From: Eukaryota sp. TZLM1-RC
Taxonomy: Eukaryota; Protista; Metamonada: BaSk clade
Reading direction: 5' to 3'
Assembly: GCA_040285825.1 (NCBI GenBank)
Contig: JAUPSS010000007.1
Coordinates: 520,501 to 584,500 of the forward strand
Length of the DNA: 64,000 bases
Shown: in pieces, positions 35,501 through 46,300 of the stretch
Numbering within the stretch: position 1 is the first letter of the stretch
Layout of the letters: each line of letters opens with the position of its first letter
Notes under the pieces: model-generated
Told to the model about the DNA's origin: nothing
The model's input: the letters and a program-made list of their open reading frames with translations, nothing else
Database searches by the model: none
Made by a program: the position numbers and the translations under genes

Positions 35501-35585
35501 TTGGGCAGTCATGATAAGTTATCTCCTTTCCAGAACAAGAAGTGATAGTGCTTCCACCAGGTACCTTATTATGGTTTCGAACCAT
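32559..35585 (-). CDS. RCC1-repeat, degenerate LRR and ribonuclease-inhibitor-like LRR protein (~1000 aa)
   Basis: RCC1 motifs GEVYAWGSCDYGQ and VWAWGRNDKGQLGTGD. Central LPPSLVKL/LSYLTSLKEL LRRs. C-terminal 28-aa repeats LTQLNLSDNNIADEGASSLARALESN. First ATG is at 35585. Confidence 0.88.
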   Translation of the reverse strand: MVRNHNKVPGGSTITSCSGKEITYHDCPNTPLNHNLDAPVVFQPGGRPNGFAPSFFHVSDDSSPNTTGLSSTADNESQSPSDCSFDHCPLSDLPCYSPDSTPPPRSPGPQPDSHGHNRCPLQRASWNPTLGDPCASDQELPRYPDRSDRIVGVKSISCSGFDSLLLTYSGEVYAWGSCDYGQVLPYGHEIIEPPVKFPISNIISISAGLKHCFAVSSDGLLYGWSKHEVNIPSGITLINSPYFFKEIYSSTNSSQSFGLTVEGKLIQFGNGTFKPIQGINLHSIGFFSASLDSIVAVDSDAHFFFLPNDGSDCTQTISFVEIPVGKYILPTKPSLSSFLFDFNSLLVIDFNGDVWRFDKGDDVPFINKPTKVSGLSNIVSINSYDDIYAATDTDGKVFIWGRLSRFKNISVDSEAPICIEALTNVKYVSLGHDFLFAYNKNTVWAWGRNDKGQLGTGDLIDRPQPVKVFGSEILGTFHHPKEPLDSMFSGLIILIYFEYLQYLKNMFGNHPYIKFRYYTKCPISKKVVKFAKEVINGFELLINPQHLNLNDYIWDLQLQSSLPFNGPSVSNTRIKKLDVYYEKGDYDPQLLSFFPNVEVIKLDAGSRYNGFHRSSLNLTHLSNLKCLELNCSINVEQLPPSLVKLVLKDRIEVTDLSYLTSLKELVLFDGFVFDGFAFGGSFISPRILEAQIPLPLSIARLEVWLEEPINIKVNSRSIKELIIHEAIHTNITEHNFPSLKFIQLLGPEHNLSNSSLSPSKLYNQGLIKSTQLIKNEYLVELSCFPWCFQYPYYRHFALARALESNSTLTQLNLSDNNIADEGASSLARALESNYTLTQMNLSDNNIADEGASSLARALESNYTLTQLNLSDNNIADEGASSLARALESNYTLTQLNLSDNNIADEGASSLARALESNSTLTQLNLSDNNIGYEGASALAHAVERNFTLTELVLWFNNISDEAASDFARALERNSTLTHLCLGVHNISNSTKSKLQQIAFNRPSLSIIL
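32770..33197 (-). repeat. Five near-identical 84-bp coding tandem repeats (28-aa LRR)
   Basis: The unit ...gcgccttcatcggcaatgttgttgtcactaagattcaattgagtc... recurs every 84 bp. Confidence 0.95.
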
Positions 35586-35789
35586 TTTGGATCCAAATGC
35601 AGATAAAATCAAATTAATATGATTATGTTGAACAGTTACATATTGCAACTCAACAACAATCTTTCTTGGCTTTGAAATTCTAAAATTTATGATCCTCTTT
35701 CAAGTGCAGAAAACGTCTAAATCAAAATACAATGAATCTTTGTTTAAATTGGCCAGTTAACAGTATGCAAAATCCACTTTGTGCCCATT

Positions 35790-36050
35790 TGTATTTCTCT
35801 TTTTGGTTCACTTACTCCAACGGCTTTACGTTTTTTGGAAGACTTTGAAATGATATAAAGGGAAGAACTAGTAGAAATTTCCATAGATTGTTTTGGCAAA
35901 AAGGAATTGTATTTTCTATTTTTAAATGGATTTTGATGAAAGTTTCTGATGCTTTACTTTCGCTTGGATTTCACTATAAAAGATTTGTATCCAGTGTTTT
36001 TGTTTTTGGAGAGATGGATTTTTTAGATGTTGATTTATAGGCTTTTATAA
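35790..36050 (+). mobile_element. 3' fragment of RLE non-LTR family B
   Basis: PFVFLFFGSLTPTALRFLEDFE...VSDALLSLGFHY. Confidence 0.7.
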
Positions 36051-36084
36051 ATTTAATGATAATCAAACAAAATTATAAATGATA

Positions 36085-36716
36085 TTTATTGAATTTGCAC
36101 ACTTAATTAAATTAACTCATTACTAATGGGACGACTATCATTGAACCAAGATTTCCTCTCCAAAATCTTGATCTGCTTGCTGTCTAGCTAAAGCTTCTCC
36201 TATTCGATTGAAAAACCGAGGTAATCTATTAATAATGGCAAATTGAATTCGACAACGCCATAAAAAAATATTAAATCTTTTCATTGGTTTTTCTTGAACC
36301 GTTTTTTGGAAGTCATTTAAAAATGTTTCTGCTTCATTTGATAATCTTCCATTTATCGAAAATGGGAATGCAATAAAAACCAGCTGTGTATTTCTATCGA
36401 CATTAGCCTCTTCAATATCTTTATCATATTTTCTATGTTTCTCATTTGCTTTAAAATCCAGCGCAGCCACAGGATTAAGTTTTCTTCTATGAACCAAAGT
36501 ATCATTTGCAACATTACATGAGAAAAAGTCAACAATAGCTTCAGAATTATCAATCCAGTCACAGTATACATCACCTCTATCATCAGCGCCAAAATTGTTC
36601 AGAAAAAGTGTTTCCTTCAGCAGAGGCTTTTTAATACACGATATTCTTGCAGTTTGTGCCATATTGAAAACAGTGTCTCTAACAGCATCATGTAATGAAG
36701 AACGATAAGTTATCAA
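36085..36716 (-). mobile_element. 5'-truncated RLE non-LTR family A
   Basis: 192-aa RLE ORF and the conserved 3' UTR. Confidence 0.92.
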
Positions 36717-37957
36717 CCATGGTGGTAAAATTGAACCACATGGTGGTATCCGATTATTGCTTCAAATATAGTCTTACCCTGTTTTGCATTCACCTTCTGG
36801 ACATTTGCAAAATCAAGTGTAATTTAGTGTGTTTCCTGGCGGAATAAGTAATTGTTTTCAAAACAATTATGTAAACAGATATTTTAACGGTTGTATTATC
36901 AAAAGAGCTTAATGCTACGACAATTCAACATTGTTTAATCCAACTACTCCACTACCAGTGGTCAATATTTCAAAAAGACACTGAACAACCAGCATAAAGC
37001 ACAGAAGTACATGATCTTACTAAACAGCCGTCTGAGATGCTCCAAGAGCGTTTTGAAGGCGACAACAAAATATTCTTTACACATACGATTGTTTGAACCG
37101 GCAACAACATGCAATTAGAGGATGAGGATTCTGGCTCAAGAACAACTGATGAAAGCTTCAGTACAGAAATCACAATCTTTTTTCATTACCAAGCAGCCGT
37201 TTGGAAGCTCCGCGAGCGTGTTAAAAACAGACAGCAACTTTTGTATGTGAAGAGAAATGTGAACAACTTCTGTCTGTCAAGTCAAATTGAACAGAAACAG
37301 AATGTTTATGAGAGTTGAACTAATTTGTCTATAAATGGATTTTCCAAATGATGAGTTTATCAATGGAACAGTGTTTTCTAGAGTAAACACAGAAGAGGGT
37401 ACAAGGTAGAGCAGTTCGATATAATGGGTACGAAAGCAATAGAAGGGCCTGCACCGTGGAAAGGGAAGTTTTCAACAGTCGTGATGGAGAGGAAAGAACT
37501 TTGATGTATGGGGTAGAGAAAAACAACAGCAGAGGCAATAGAATTACTTTTTTTTGTTATTTAGCAATTATTTGTGTATTTAATTAACTCAATTCTTGGT
37601 TAATTGAAAACATTTTCATTAAATAGTTTGAATCAATTCAACTCATAAGATTACTTTACATTTGTTCATACATTATTGAGCACTTTATGAATTCAGTTCA
37701 TGTAATACTGTAAACCTATTCTTCAAAAACAAGACAGCTGAATTGATTCTTGTCTCACTAATATCTGTGGATGGCATATTACCATTGATTCCGTCTATAT
37801 GGAACTATAGAATTTCATATTCCAAATGTTGGAAATTCTATACGGTATCCGTGGTCCAAAACTGACCTGACTGTGCAGTGTGTTTAACAAACATTATCTT
37901 CACAACATAACACTACATAAAATTATTTATTACTTATAAACATTGAATTAACGAAAA

Positions 37958-39970
37958 TTATTCACCCTTCTCCACTGCACAGCAAATAGGCAACTGTACC
38001 TCATAACCACTTAGTCCACGTTGTAAATCTTGAATAATATCATTATATTTGTTCAATACTGCTCCTCTTTTAATCTTTTGACTAGGAGTTAACAAATTAT
38101 TATCCAGGCTAAACCCTTCTCTACTGATATAAAGTGCTCCCACCTGTTCAAAGGCCCGAAGCTTATTCTCCTGGGCAATCTGTTTAAACTCTTCTTTAAC
38201 CAATTTCTCCATCTCCAACCACTGATCAGGATCGTTCTTTTCAGGTAAATGTTCAGGCAGAACGGAAACGATAGCTACCAATTTGGAGCAACCTCCAACA
38301 AGAAGAACATGCTCCACATAAGCCGCACGTGTGTACATCTCAGTGAGAGGAGTTAGCTTGATGAACTCACCATGGGGAGCTTTAATGATTGTACTTTTAC
38401 GATCAATAAGTACTAATCTTTGCTTATGGTCAAGCATGCCAATATCACCAGTTCTGTACCACTTCCTCCCATCAATCTCAACAAACGCATCACGAGTCTT
38501 TTCTTCATCCTTATAATACCCTTGGAACACTGGAGGGCCGCTAAACAAAACCTCTCCCCTTGCGTAAGGTTCGTCTTTAGTTGTGTATCCAAGCTCGGGA
38601 GCGTCCAACAATTTCATCTCAACTGAACCCAAAGGATAACCAACATTACCATTCTTATCACCATCCCCCAGTCTCTCCACACAACCAGCTGATGAGGTTT
38701 CGGAACACGCATAACCTGAACCTATCGGACAGCACATCAATGCCTCCAACGTAGTCTGCATTTCAGGATTTAAAGCAGCACTACCACTGAAAGCTGCTCT
38801 TAAACGACCTCCAAACTTGGCAGCCAAACCTTTCTTGAACAAGAGCTTATCTAGTAGAGGAGTGGAGCGACCACTACGCAATCTACGTAGTTTTCTTTTA
38901 AATGAGGGTTTAAATAACAAAGTCTTTAATACAGAAAGGGACTGGATATTCTTAACAGCGGCGTTATAAATCTTCTCATAGACTCTGGGGACACCTAAAA
39001 ACATTGTGGGTTTAAATAAACCTACATCATCTAACAGAGTAGCAATGTCACCACTGTAATAAGCCAGACAGGCTCCAATTGACAACAAGGCATGCTCACA
39101 CGCACGCTGGAACACGTGGGCAAGAGGCAAATAGCTCAAAACCACATCTTGGAATTCAGGGTGAGGAAGGTCTGGTAACATGCACAAGAGGCCAGCAGCT
39201 CCAGCTTGGAGGTTGTGGTGAGTGATCATGGCACCCTTTGGCGCTCCCATTGTTCCGGAAGTGAAAATGATAGTAGCGAGGTCATCAGGAGAAACGTTGG
39301 CAGGGAAAACTGGCTGGGACTCACAGGCCAAGTGTTCGATCTCAGATAGAAGATGAGTGAAAACTCCATTGTTTTGGTCTTCACCAGGGTTGGGGTTATC
39401 GTTGCTCTTTTGAATTTCAACAAGATTTGATATTCTACAATTTTCCTTTTCCTTCCAGAAATACTTTTCTGAAGACGTGTCGTCAAAGCCAATAATGTGT
39501 TGAATGGAAGGGACCGATGAAGCGATTGCAGAAGTCATGTTGAATCGTTTCTGATGGATAAAGAGTGCTTTGAGTTCAGAGACTTTACAAACATGTAGAA
39601 CCTCTTCTAAAGGAACACTCTCGTAGACAGGAACCAGAACAATGCCTTGGCGATGACACGCCAAATCAGTCATGAGCCATTCTGGACGGGAAGGAGAAGT
39701 AATTCCAACAAAATCACCTTGACGAAGACCTAGATTGTGGAGAGCAGAGGCAATACGTTCAACTCTCTCAAAGACTTCTTCATATGAGTAGAAGATGGTA
39801 CCAACTAGTTCTTCCTCGCCATTTCCTACATCCTTAAGGAGGCGTCGTCCAAGACAATCTCGTTCTTTGTAAAGTTCAACACTAACACGAAAGCTCTCAA
39901 AGAGCGACGAGCGGTAGGAGGGTATATTACCTGCACGAAGTGTTTTGAGATCTTCGTATCTATCTACCAT
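37958..39970 (-). CDS. Long-chain fatty-acid-CoA ligase (ACSL family)
   Basis: Intact 670 aa. AMP-binding IIFTSGTMGAPKGAMITH, YLPLAHVFQR, GYACSET, WYRTGDIG and LTPSQKIKR. Confidence 0.96.
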   Translation of the reverse strand: MVDRYEDLKTLRAGNIPSYRSSLFESFRVSVELYKERDCLGRRLLKDVGNGEEELVGTIFYSYEEVFERVERIASALHNLGLRQGDFVGITSPSRPEWLMTDLACHRQGIVLVPVYESVPLEEVLHVCKVSELKALFIHQKRFNMTSAIASSVPSIQHIIGFDDTSSEKYFWKEKENCRISNLVEIQKSNDNPNPGEDQNNGVFTHLLSEIEHLACESQPVFPANVSPDDLATIIFTSGTMGAPKGAMITHHNLQAGAAGLLCMLPDLPHPEFQDVVLSYLPLAHVFQRACEHALLSIGACLAYYSGDIATLLDDVGLFKPTMFLGVPRVYEKIYNAAVKNIQSLSVLKTLLFKPSFKRKLRRLRSGRSTPLLDKLLFKKGLAAKFGGRLRAAFSGSAALNPEMQTTLEALMCCPIGSGYACSETSSAGCVERLGDGDKNGNVGYPLGSVEMKLLDAPELGYTTKDEPYARGEVLFSGPPVFQGYYKDEEKTRDAFVEIDGRKWYRTGDIGMLDHKQRLVLIDRKSTIIKAPHGEFIKLTPLTEMYTRAAYVEHVLLVGGCSKLVAIVSVLPEHLPEKNDPDQWLEMEKLVKEEFKQIAQENKLRAFEQVGALYISREGFSLDNNLLTPSQKIKRGAVLNKYNDIIQDLQRGLSGYEVQLPICCAVEKGE

Positions 39971-39974
39971 TGTG

Positions 39975-40079
39975 ATGACGTGATATCGATGTGAGGTGGG
40001 AAAGTTTAGACGAAATTGTCAGGTTTTGAAGAGATTTTTATATTTTCATGAGGTCATCATCACGTCATCATCACGTCAT
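39975..40079. promoter_or_regulatory. Three copies of ATGACGTGAT/ATCACGTCAT upstream of the acyl-CoA ligase start
   Basis: Exact 10-mers at 39975-39984, 40059-40068 and 40070-40079. The regulatory role is inferred from position. Confidence 0.45.
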
Positions 40080-40477
40080 ATTATATTTATATCATTGTGA
40101 TTGCTCTTTCACTGTGCTGAATCATAAAACATGCTCCATTGAAGACGAGTACAAACTATCCTCCAGTTGGTTTTCTGAAACCAATAAGCATACCAGCGCT
40201 GATTTCGAAGTTCTTCCCATGCAGAGACATGTGGCACTTCTTCTGTACAGTAACAAGTGTAACCGTGCCTATAAACATTGCACATACATTATTTGGGATG
40301 TTTGAAATAACATTGAATGACGTTGATTTGTGATCACCAATGTAGATGAAACAAGAATTGGCGATAAACATCGACAAACAAAATAAACTGACAAACCATG
40401 CGAAAGCAAAAAAAAAGACAAAATGCGATAAACGTGTTTTATTCAAAATAAATAAACAAATAGATAAATAAACAAAA

Positions 40478-41685
40478 CTAGACACCTATAATATTCATTA
40501 GCAATGGGTTTGATGAACTTCCTGCAAAAAGACCAAAATTCAAGAAAGCAGTCAAGAGAGTTCCACAGACTCCTGTATGAGACGTAGAACGATCGGCCGT
40601 ATCTGAACCAATCATCATAGCAGTAGTGGACGTATAACCATTAGTAGCAGAGAAGAAGAACATAATTACAAAGGGCAAGTACCAAGTTCCAATAATAGGT
40701 GGAGTTAATGCACAAAATGCAAATAAGGGAATGAACACAACTCTACTCAAGGCAAGTGTCACATAAAGAGGTACGTTCTTACATGGAAGATAGGCTGGTA
40801 GAGATCTACCAATGAAATCACCAATCATGAACATATTAGACAGCAAAACCTCATACCAGCCAGTAAAGTCATCAACAAATGGTCCTTCCTTGGAAGTAAT
40901 TTTGCCGGTTAAACCAGGGAAGAGCATGAGAGTGATAGTAAAGGTAAGGAAAACTAGAATTCCGTCTCTGGATATTGTTCTTAAACAAGTCAACAAACTT
41001 GAATCCTGAAGCGGCTTTTGTTCCTCCACTACCAGCAGTTTATCCTCGCTATCAGCTGAGTCAGTAAGTTGCTTGAATCTGGGGAGTTTGATCATGATTA
41101 AAAAGAAAATAACACATAAAAATGATAAAATTCCTTCAGTGAAAAAGAAAAGAAAGGCAGATTTCACAAAGTCAGTGGGCATGAAAAACTTGGTAATCAC
41201 TCTTAATGCTTAAATAAGAAAGGTAAAATACACAAACCTCCTGCAACAAGTCCAGCATAGCCATTACCAACCATGACACCTTGGCTCATTCTCGAAGATA
41301 TAGAAATCGCAAGGGAGAAGACCAGTGCGGAGAGGATACCGTTAAAGATTCCAGCTACAAAAGCTGAGGTGACAATGAGGTTAGCTTCAAGAGAGTCGCT
41401 GATGTTGAGAATGTTGAGAATGGGAATGGAGCACAAGCAGATAAAGTACATGAAGAAACCAAAAACAATCGTGAAATTACGGGGAACCTTCTTGCTGATG
41501 AACACCATAAGGAGCATAAAGGAAAGATTGGACCGCTGATACCAAGCTGGCACAGATGAAATAAGCTCAGGATGTTCGAGAAACTTCCAGTAATCTACCA
41601 CAGAAACAAAGGCATTGAACGGACTAAGAAGACAGCATCCCAAAAGGATGAATGTGATGTAGATGAATGTATCTTTCTGTGGCAT
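40478..41685 (-). CDS. Equilibrative nucleoside transporter (SLC29/ENT family), one 29-nt intron at 41209-41237
   Basis: LLGCCLLSPFNAF, TLMLFPG, GDFIGR and ATNGY motifs. Removing gtttgt...cttatttaag joins the two listed ORFs as GYAGLVAGALRVITK. Confidence 0.92.
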
Positions 41686-42359
41686 CAGCTAATAGTGTAT
41701 TGATATAGTGAAGATGCTTTTCCAACCAATTGACAGCATGTGTGAATTTCTGGCATCAATTCTGTCACACCATTAAACCCATCAGTTGAAAGCTAATCTG
41801 CCCACTTCCTGGTTTTGTTGATTCAGTAGTTGTTTTCTTGATGACAGAATCCTAAAAAACAACAATCAAAATAGAAACAGTATATGTGCATCTCAACACA
41901 TTTTTAGTTGAGGAATTTAACTATTCAGAAGATTTATTTGACAGATACCTGTTTGCAAAAACACAAATTCTATTTAGAGGACATCAACAATACAAACGTA
42001 AACTGAATTTGATTGAATTAGGTGACCAACAAATAATTCATGATAGAAGAAAATTCAAATTCTATAAATGTAAAGAATGTTTCTCCTAATTATTTCCAAA
42101 TTTCTGTATTTGTTGTGAGTAATTTTGAATCATGTGGTAAATCCAGTTTCGGAATCTTTTCCCATCAATTTATTGAAAATCCAAAACATCTTCCACCAAT
42201 CGTGGAATACGGGTGGATTGTGTGACATGAACATCTTTTTAGTGATCACGTCTTACATTGTGATTATAATTAATTCAACTATTTCCATTAATTGTCAATA
42301 ATAGAATTTTTTATAAAACCATTCATTTTTTCCCAATTTAACTAATTTCAATCAACTTC

Positions 42360-43250
42360 TAAATAGTCCATTTCTCCTGAAACAAAACGACTGGATGCAA
42401 ATCTCTCAAACTGAGATCCAAGAGACGAAAAAGCAGCAGAAACCATCTTCAACATCCTTTGAATAAATAGAAAACACAATACTATTTTGCCAACACAATT
42501 TGTTAAAATTTCTATTAATCGTTCTCTTTACAATCATTTCAAAATCATCCAAAAAACGTATAGCCGTTGGTGCAAGTGAACCAAATAGAGAAAATACAAA
42601 TGGAAACAAATTGTATTTTGCATGCTGTTGGTTTTACAATTTGCACAAAGGTTCATTGTATTTCTTTGACTTTGAGATTTTGAGCATTTGAAGGAGGATT
42701 ATGAATTACAAAATCAGTAAGCCTTTCATTTGAGGCATTACAAGGATCAACAGACATAACATCCAATAAAATGAAGATTTTATCCCATCCAGGTAATATA
42801 ACATCACGTGTATTGTTTTTATGAAAATTATCTGCAGTATCAAACATATTTGACAACAGAGGTTCCAAATAAGATTCAATTCTGTGAAACTTACACATAC
42901 AATGTAATTGGTACCTAACAACATCATGAACCTTGCTTCTAAAAGTAATAAAATGTTAACAATTTAACAAATGATTAATTTTAATTCTTCAATTACATTT
43001 ACAAATTCAATTATGTGATTTAATTTTGAGGCCAAATTTATTAACGAAGTCTTATATTCAAAGTCCAAGCAGAGTCAGTTGGGATAGTGCCACAAATTTG
43101 GGGAATAATTGCTACTAATGAGGGAGACGTACTATCACACATATCGTGTAAAAATTTGCAAAAGAATTCTTTTTGCTTTCCAAGCTTTGTCTTACATCAA
43201 AATTCAAGCTTTCAAAAAATCTTTGACACGTTTTGCTGAAATTCGTTACA
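42360..43250 (-). mobile_element. Degraded 3' half of RLE non-LTR family B
   Basis: HLLNC*HFITFRSKVHDVVR, IESYLEPLLS, LLDVMSVDPC and FPFVFSLFGSLAP. Confidence 0.8.
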
Positions 43251-43356
43251 TCAACACTGCAAATAAAAAACAACAACAAACCCTACATGTAAACATTAAC
43301 AAAAAGGGGGTAGTTTGAATATGATTGATCAAATCCAGAATTCAATAACCCCATGA

Positions 43357-46300
43357 ATGCTCAAGTGTATTCATGCAGGCTGCACCCTCTCCTTTTCCAC
43401 TACTAGGGCTCTCCAGCTCCACTTACTCCTTAACCATCGTCTAGCTAATCTCTACCAATGTGCCTATCCCACGTGTGATTCATGTTTCTCCACGTCAGAG
43501 CATCTTTTGTACCATCACCTCATCTCTCACCCTTCTGATACATCTCCACTCACTTCTCTCACTTTTTCTACCCCTCTCCCCACTTTCCCACCCTCTCCTA
43601 TCATTTCTTTTCCATGGATCCCACTTCCCGTACTCTTCTCCCCTACTACAGTCATCTCACTGGTCCTTTTGAACAGAGACATTGCCGTCATTGCCACTGA
43701 TGACAACTGTCTCCATATAGTTTCACTAGTGAAGGGTTGTGTCCATGTTTCTGCAGTTCTCAGTGGTACGGAACTTTCAGAAGAATTTTCACCTTCAAAA
43801 CTCCGAACTGTGGTACACATCCGATCGGTCGGGATTTTATTTTGTTTTTTCGAGTCAATGTTGGTTTTACTTTTAGATGAGAAGTCGTTAGAAGTCGTTG
43901 GAAATATTGACCTTGCAAATTTTGATATTTTGACCTTGGTTTTTGACCATCTGAAACTTTGTAATTTTTCATTTAATAGTGTCATTGGTTCCTCACGTTG
44001 TCAGTCACGTGATGGGTCTTCTAGATTCATGTTGACTGATGGGAAGGTATTTTTGATTGGTCGGGGTTTCTATGGAGGTCGAAATTTGAATTTTGAACTG
44101 GTAGATCTTTTCAGCAATCAAATCACCAATCAAAAACGTAATGATTTTATTGATTTATTTTGTGTGACGAGAGATTCCATGATATTAATTGTTTATTCAA
44201 AATCTGTTTTCTTCTTAAACTCTTCTAATTTTGAATTGCTAAATTTTTTTGATGATTTCCGATACCCTCTCACTTGCTGTTGTCTCACTCCTGATCTGTT
44301 GCTGCTTGGTGATGATTATGGTAATTTGTTTTCAATTTGTTTAATTAATTTCACTTTAAAAAAAGAATTGTTTATTTTAAATGAATGTGTCAAGGTAATT
44401 TCTACTGTCGAAAATTTTAAAAATTGTTTTGTTGTAATAATTGGAGATTTTCTACTATTAATTGGAAATTTTGAAAACGAATTTCATGTTTATTTTCACT
44501 TTAACTTGAATCAATTAAGCTATTTAATTGAAAATATCACTACAATCACTATTGACACCTGTCAGTCTTTAAGTCAATCAAATTCTGTAGTATTATTGAC
44601 CATCAATCAAAAACATTTATACCTAGTTACTGTTTCTCCAATATTTGAAGTCTTTGCTAGTCTAGCTCAAAATTGTGATAATTATGAGCTCATTAATTCA
44701 ATTAAATCATTCAAAAGGTCATTACCTCTAGGTTCGTTTAATAACCCTTGTAAAGTGTGCTTGTTTGATATCTCCACAAAGTCTGTCCCCCAACCCTCTC
44801 ATGAATCAAGTCTTGCGTTTTCTTTAAGAAAGTCAAGAAAAGTCGTGTCAACTCCTGTGAGATCAACTCGGCCAGTTGCCTCTTTTTCTCTTTCAGATAT
44901 TGTAAAAGGAGAAGTTCAATCAAATTCTCAATCAGGTTTGTTGAATGGGGGCCAGTCTCCGATGATTAGGTCAATAAAGAAGGACAAATCAAAATCCACG
45001 TCACATTTTGAGCTTGATTTCTCTGGACTTCCTTTCAATACACCTCAAACACCTTCTTTCAGACCATTTTCAATGAAAAATGCAAAAAAATGGTATAGTA
45101 AATCTGTTAATGGTACATCAAAACCATCAAAACCAATTAGAAAACGCAAAATTTTCAATGTTGTTCACCGTACCCCTAGAAGAGATCACGGTCAGTTCGA
45201 GGCCATGTCACCACGAAAATTTGGGGCAATTTCACCCCCTCGTCTTGACAAGTTATTTGATTTTGAAAAATTCAAAGGCCATCAGCTGGTCGTATTTGGC
45301 TCACTAATAGAACCATCTGTCCAAGTTTTCAATATTTTAAACCAAAATTTTCCTTCGTTTGCTATGAGCCCTTTTGATCGTATCAACACCCCCGCTAATA
45401 GTCTTTTTGACCCTTTATCACGTTTACAATCACGTCATCTGTCACGCCATTTATCATGTGACGTTGAAAGTGCCAGCTCATCAGTTTGGCATCCAGATGA
45501 TGAAGGCTTTGTGTCTGAAGATTCTGTTAACGGCATTAATAAGGATCACGAAAATTTTGATGAAAATTTGGAGGGGAAATATTTTGAACCTTCGAATCCT
45601 GTATTAGTTAAACGTTTGGATCCCACACCTTCCGTGAGCTCTTCTCCAGGGGTGACACGTGTCAAAAAAGAAGGCATCAAGTCCAAAATATCCACAAAAT
45701 CATTTCAGAATCCTGAATTTCTGTCTGTCCTTCAAGGTCAATCTAGTAATAGATCTGGCAATCAATCAACCAATCAAATCAAGGATAGGTCACGGCAACG
45801 TGCTCCTCATATGGTCGATAAAGAATTGAGAATATTAAAGCCATCTGGAGTGTCACGAACTGCGAAATTTTCACTTGATTCGGCAATGATGAGCCTTTCT
45901 AAAGCTGTAGAGGAGGAAGAAGAGAAGTCAAATTTAAAGGTCAAAAAAGATTCAATATTTGACGGAATGTCGTTGACTGGACCCATTTTAAGCTCTTCTA
46001 GATCAGAATCTTGGTTACCAAATTTTCGTGAAAATTTCGACACAACTCCCCTATCAGCTAGAGATGTCAATCGAGTTGAAAATTTGCAGACGGTGCTTTC
46101 TGATTATCAAAATTTGGTTGATACTTTCTGGCCGCCGAATGAATTTGAGTCTATGGATTCTCAACGACCAATTTTTTCCCGATCTTCGAGCTTCCCCTTT
46201 CTTTATGACCCTTCACCATTACCATCGACAATAGCTTCCCGAATGAGCACTCGTCCTCGTTCTCGATCTGTTGACGTGATTGATAGGTCAATAATGGATG

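Noticed and set aside
41201-41237. In-frame TAA between the two ENT ORFs (and TAA at 50486) suggesting TAA/TAG reassignment to Gln
   Set aside because: A 29-nt intron explains the ENT break, and RPL11 and the acyl-CoA ligase end in TAA at the expected positions, so the code is standard.
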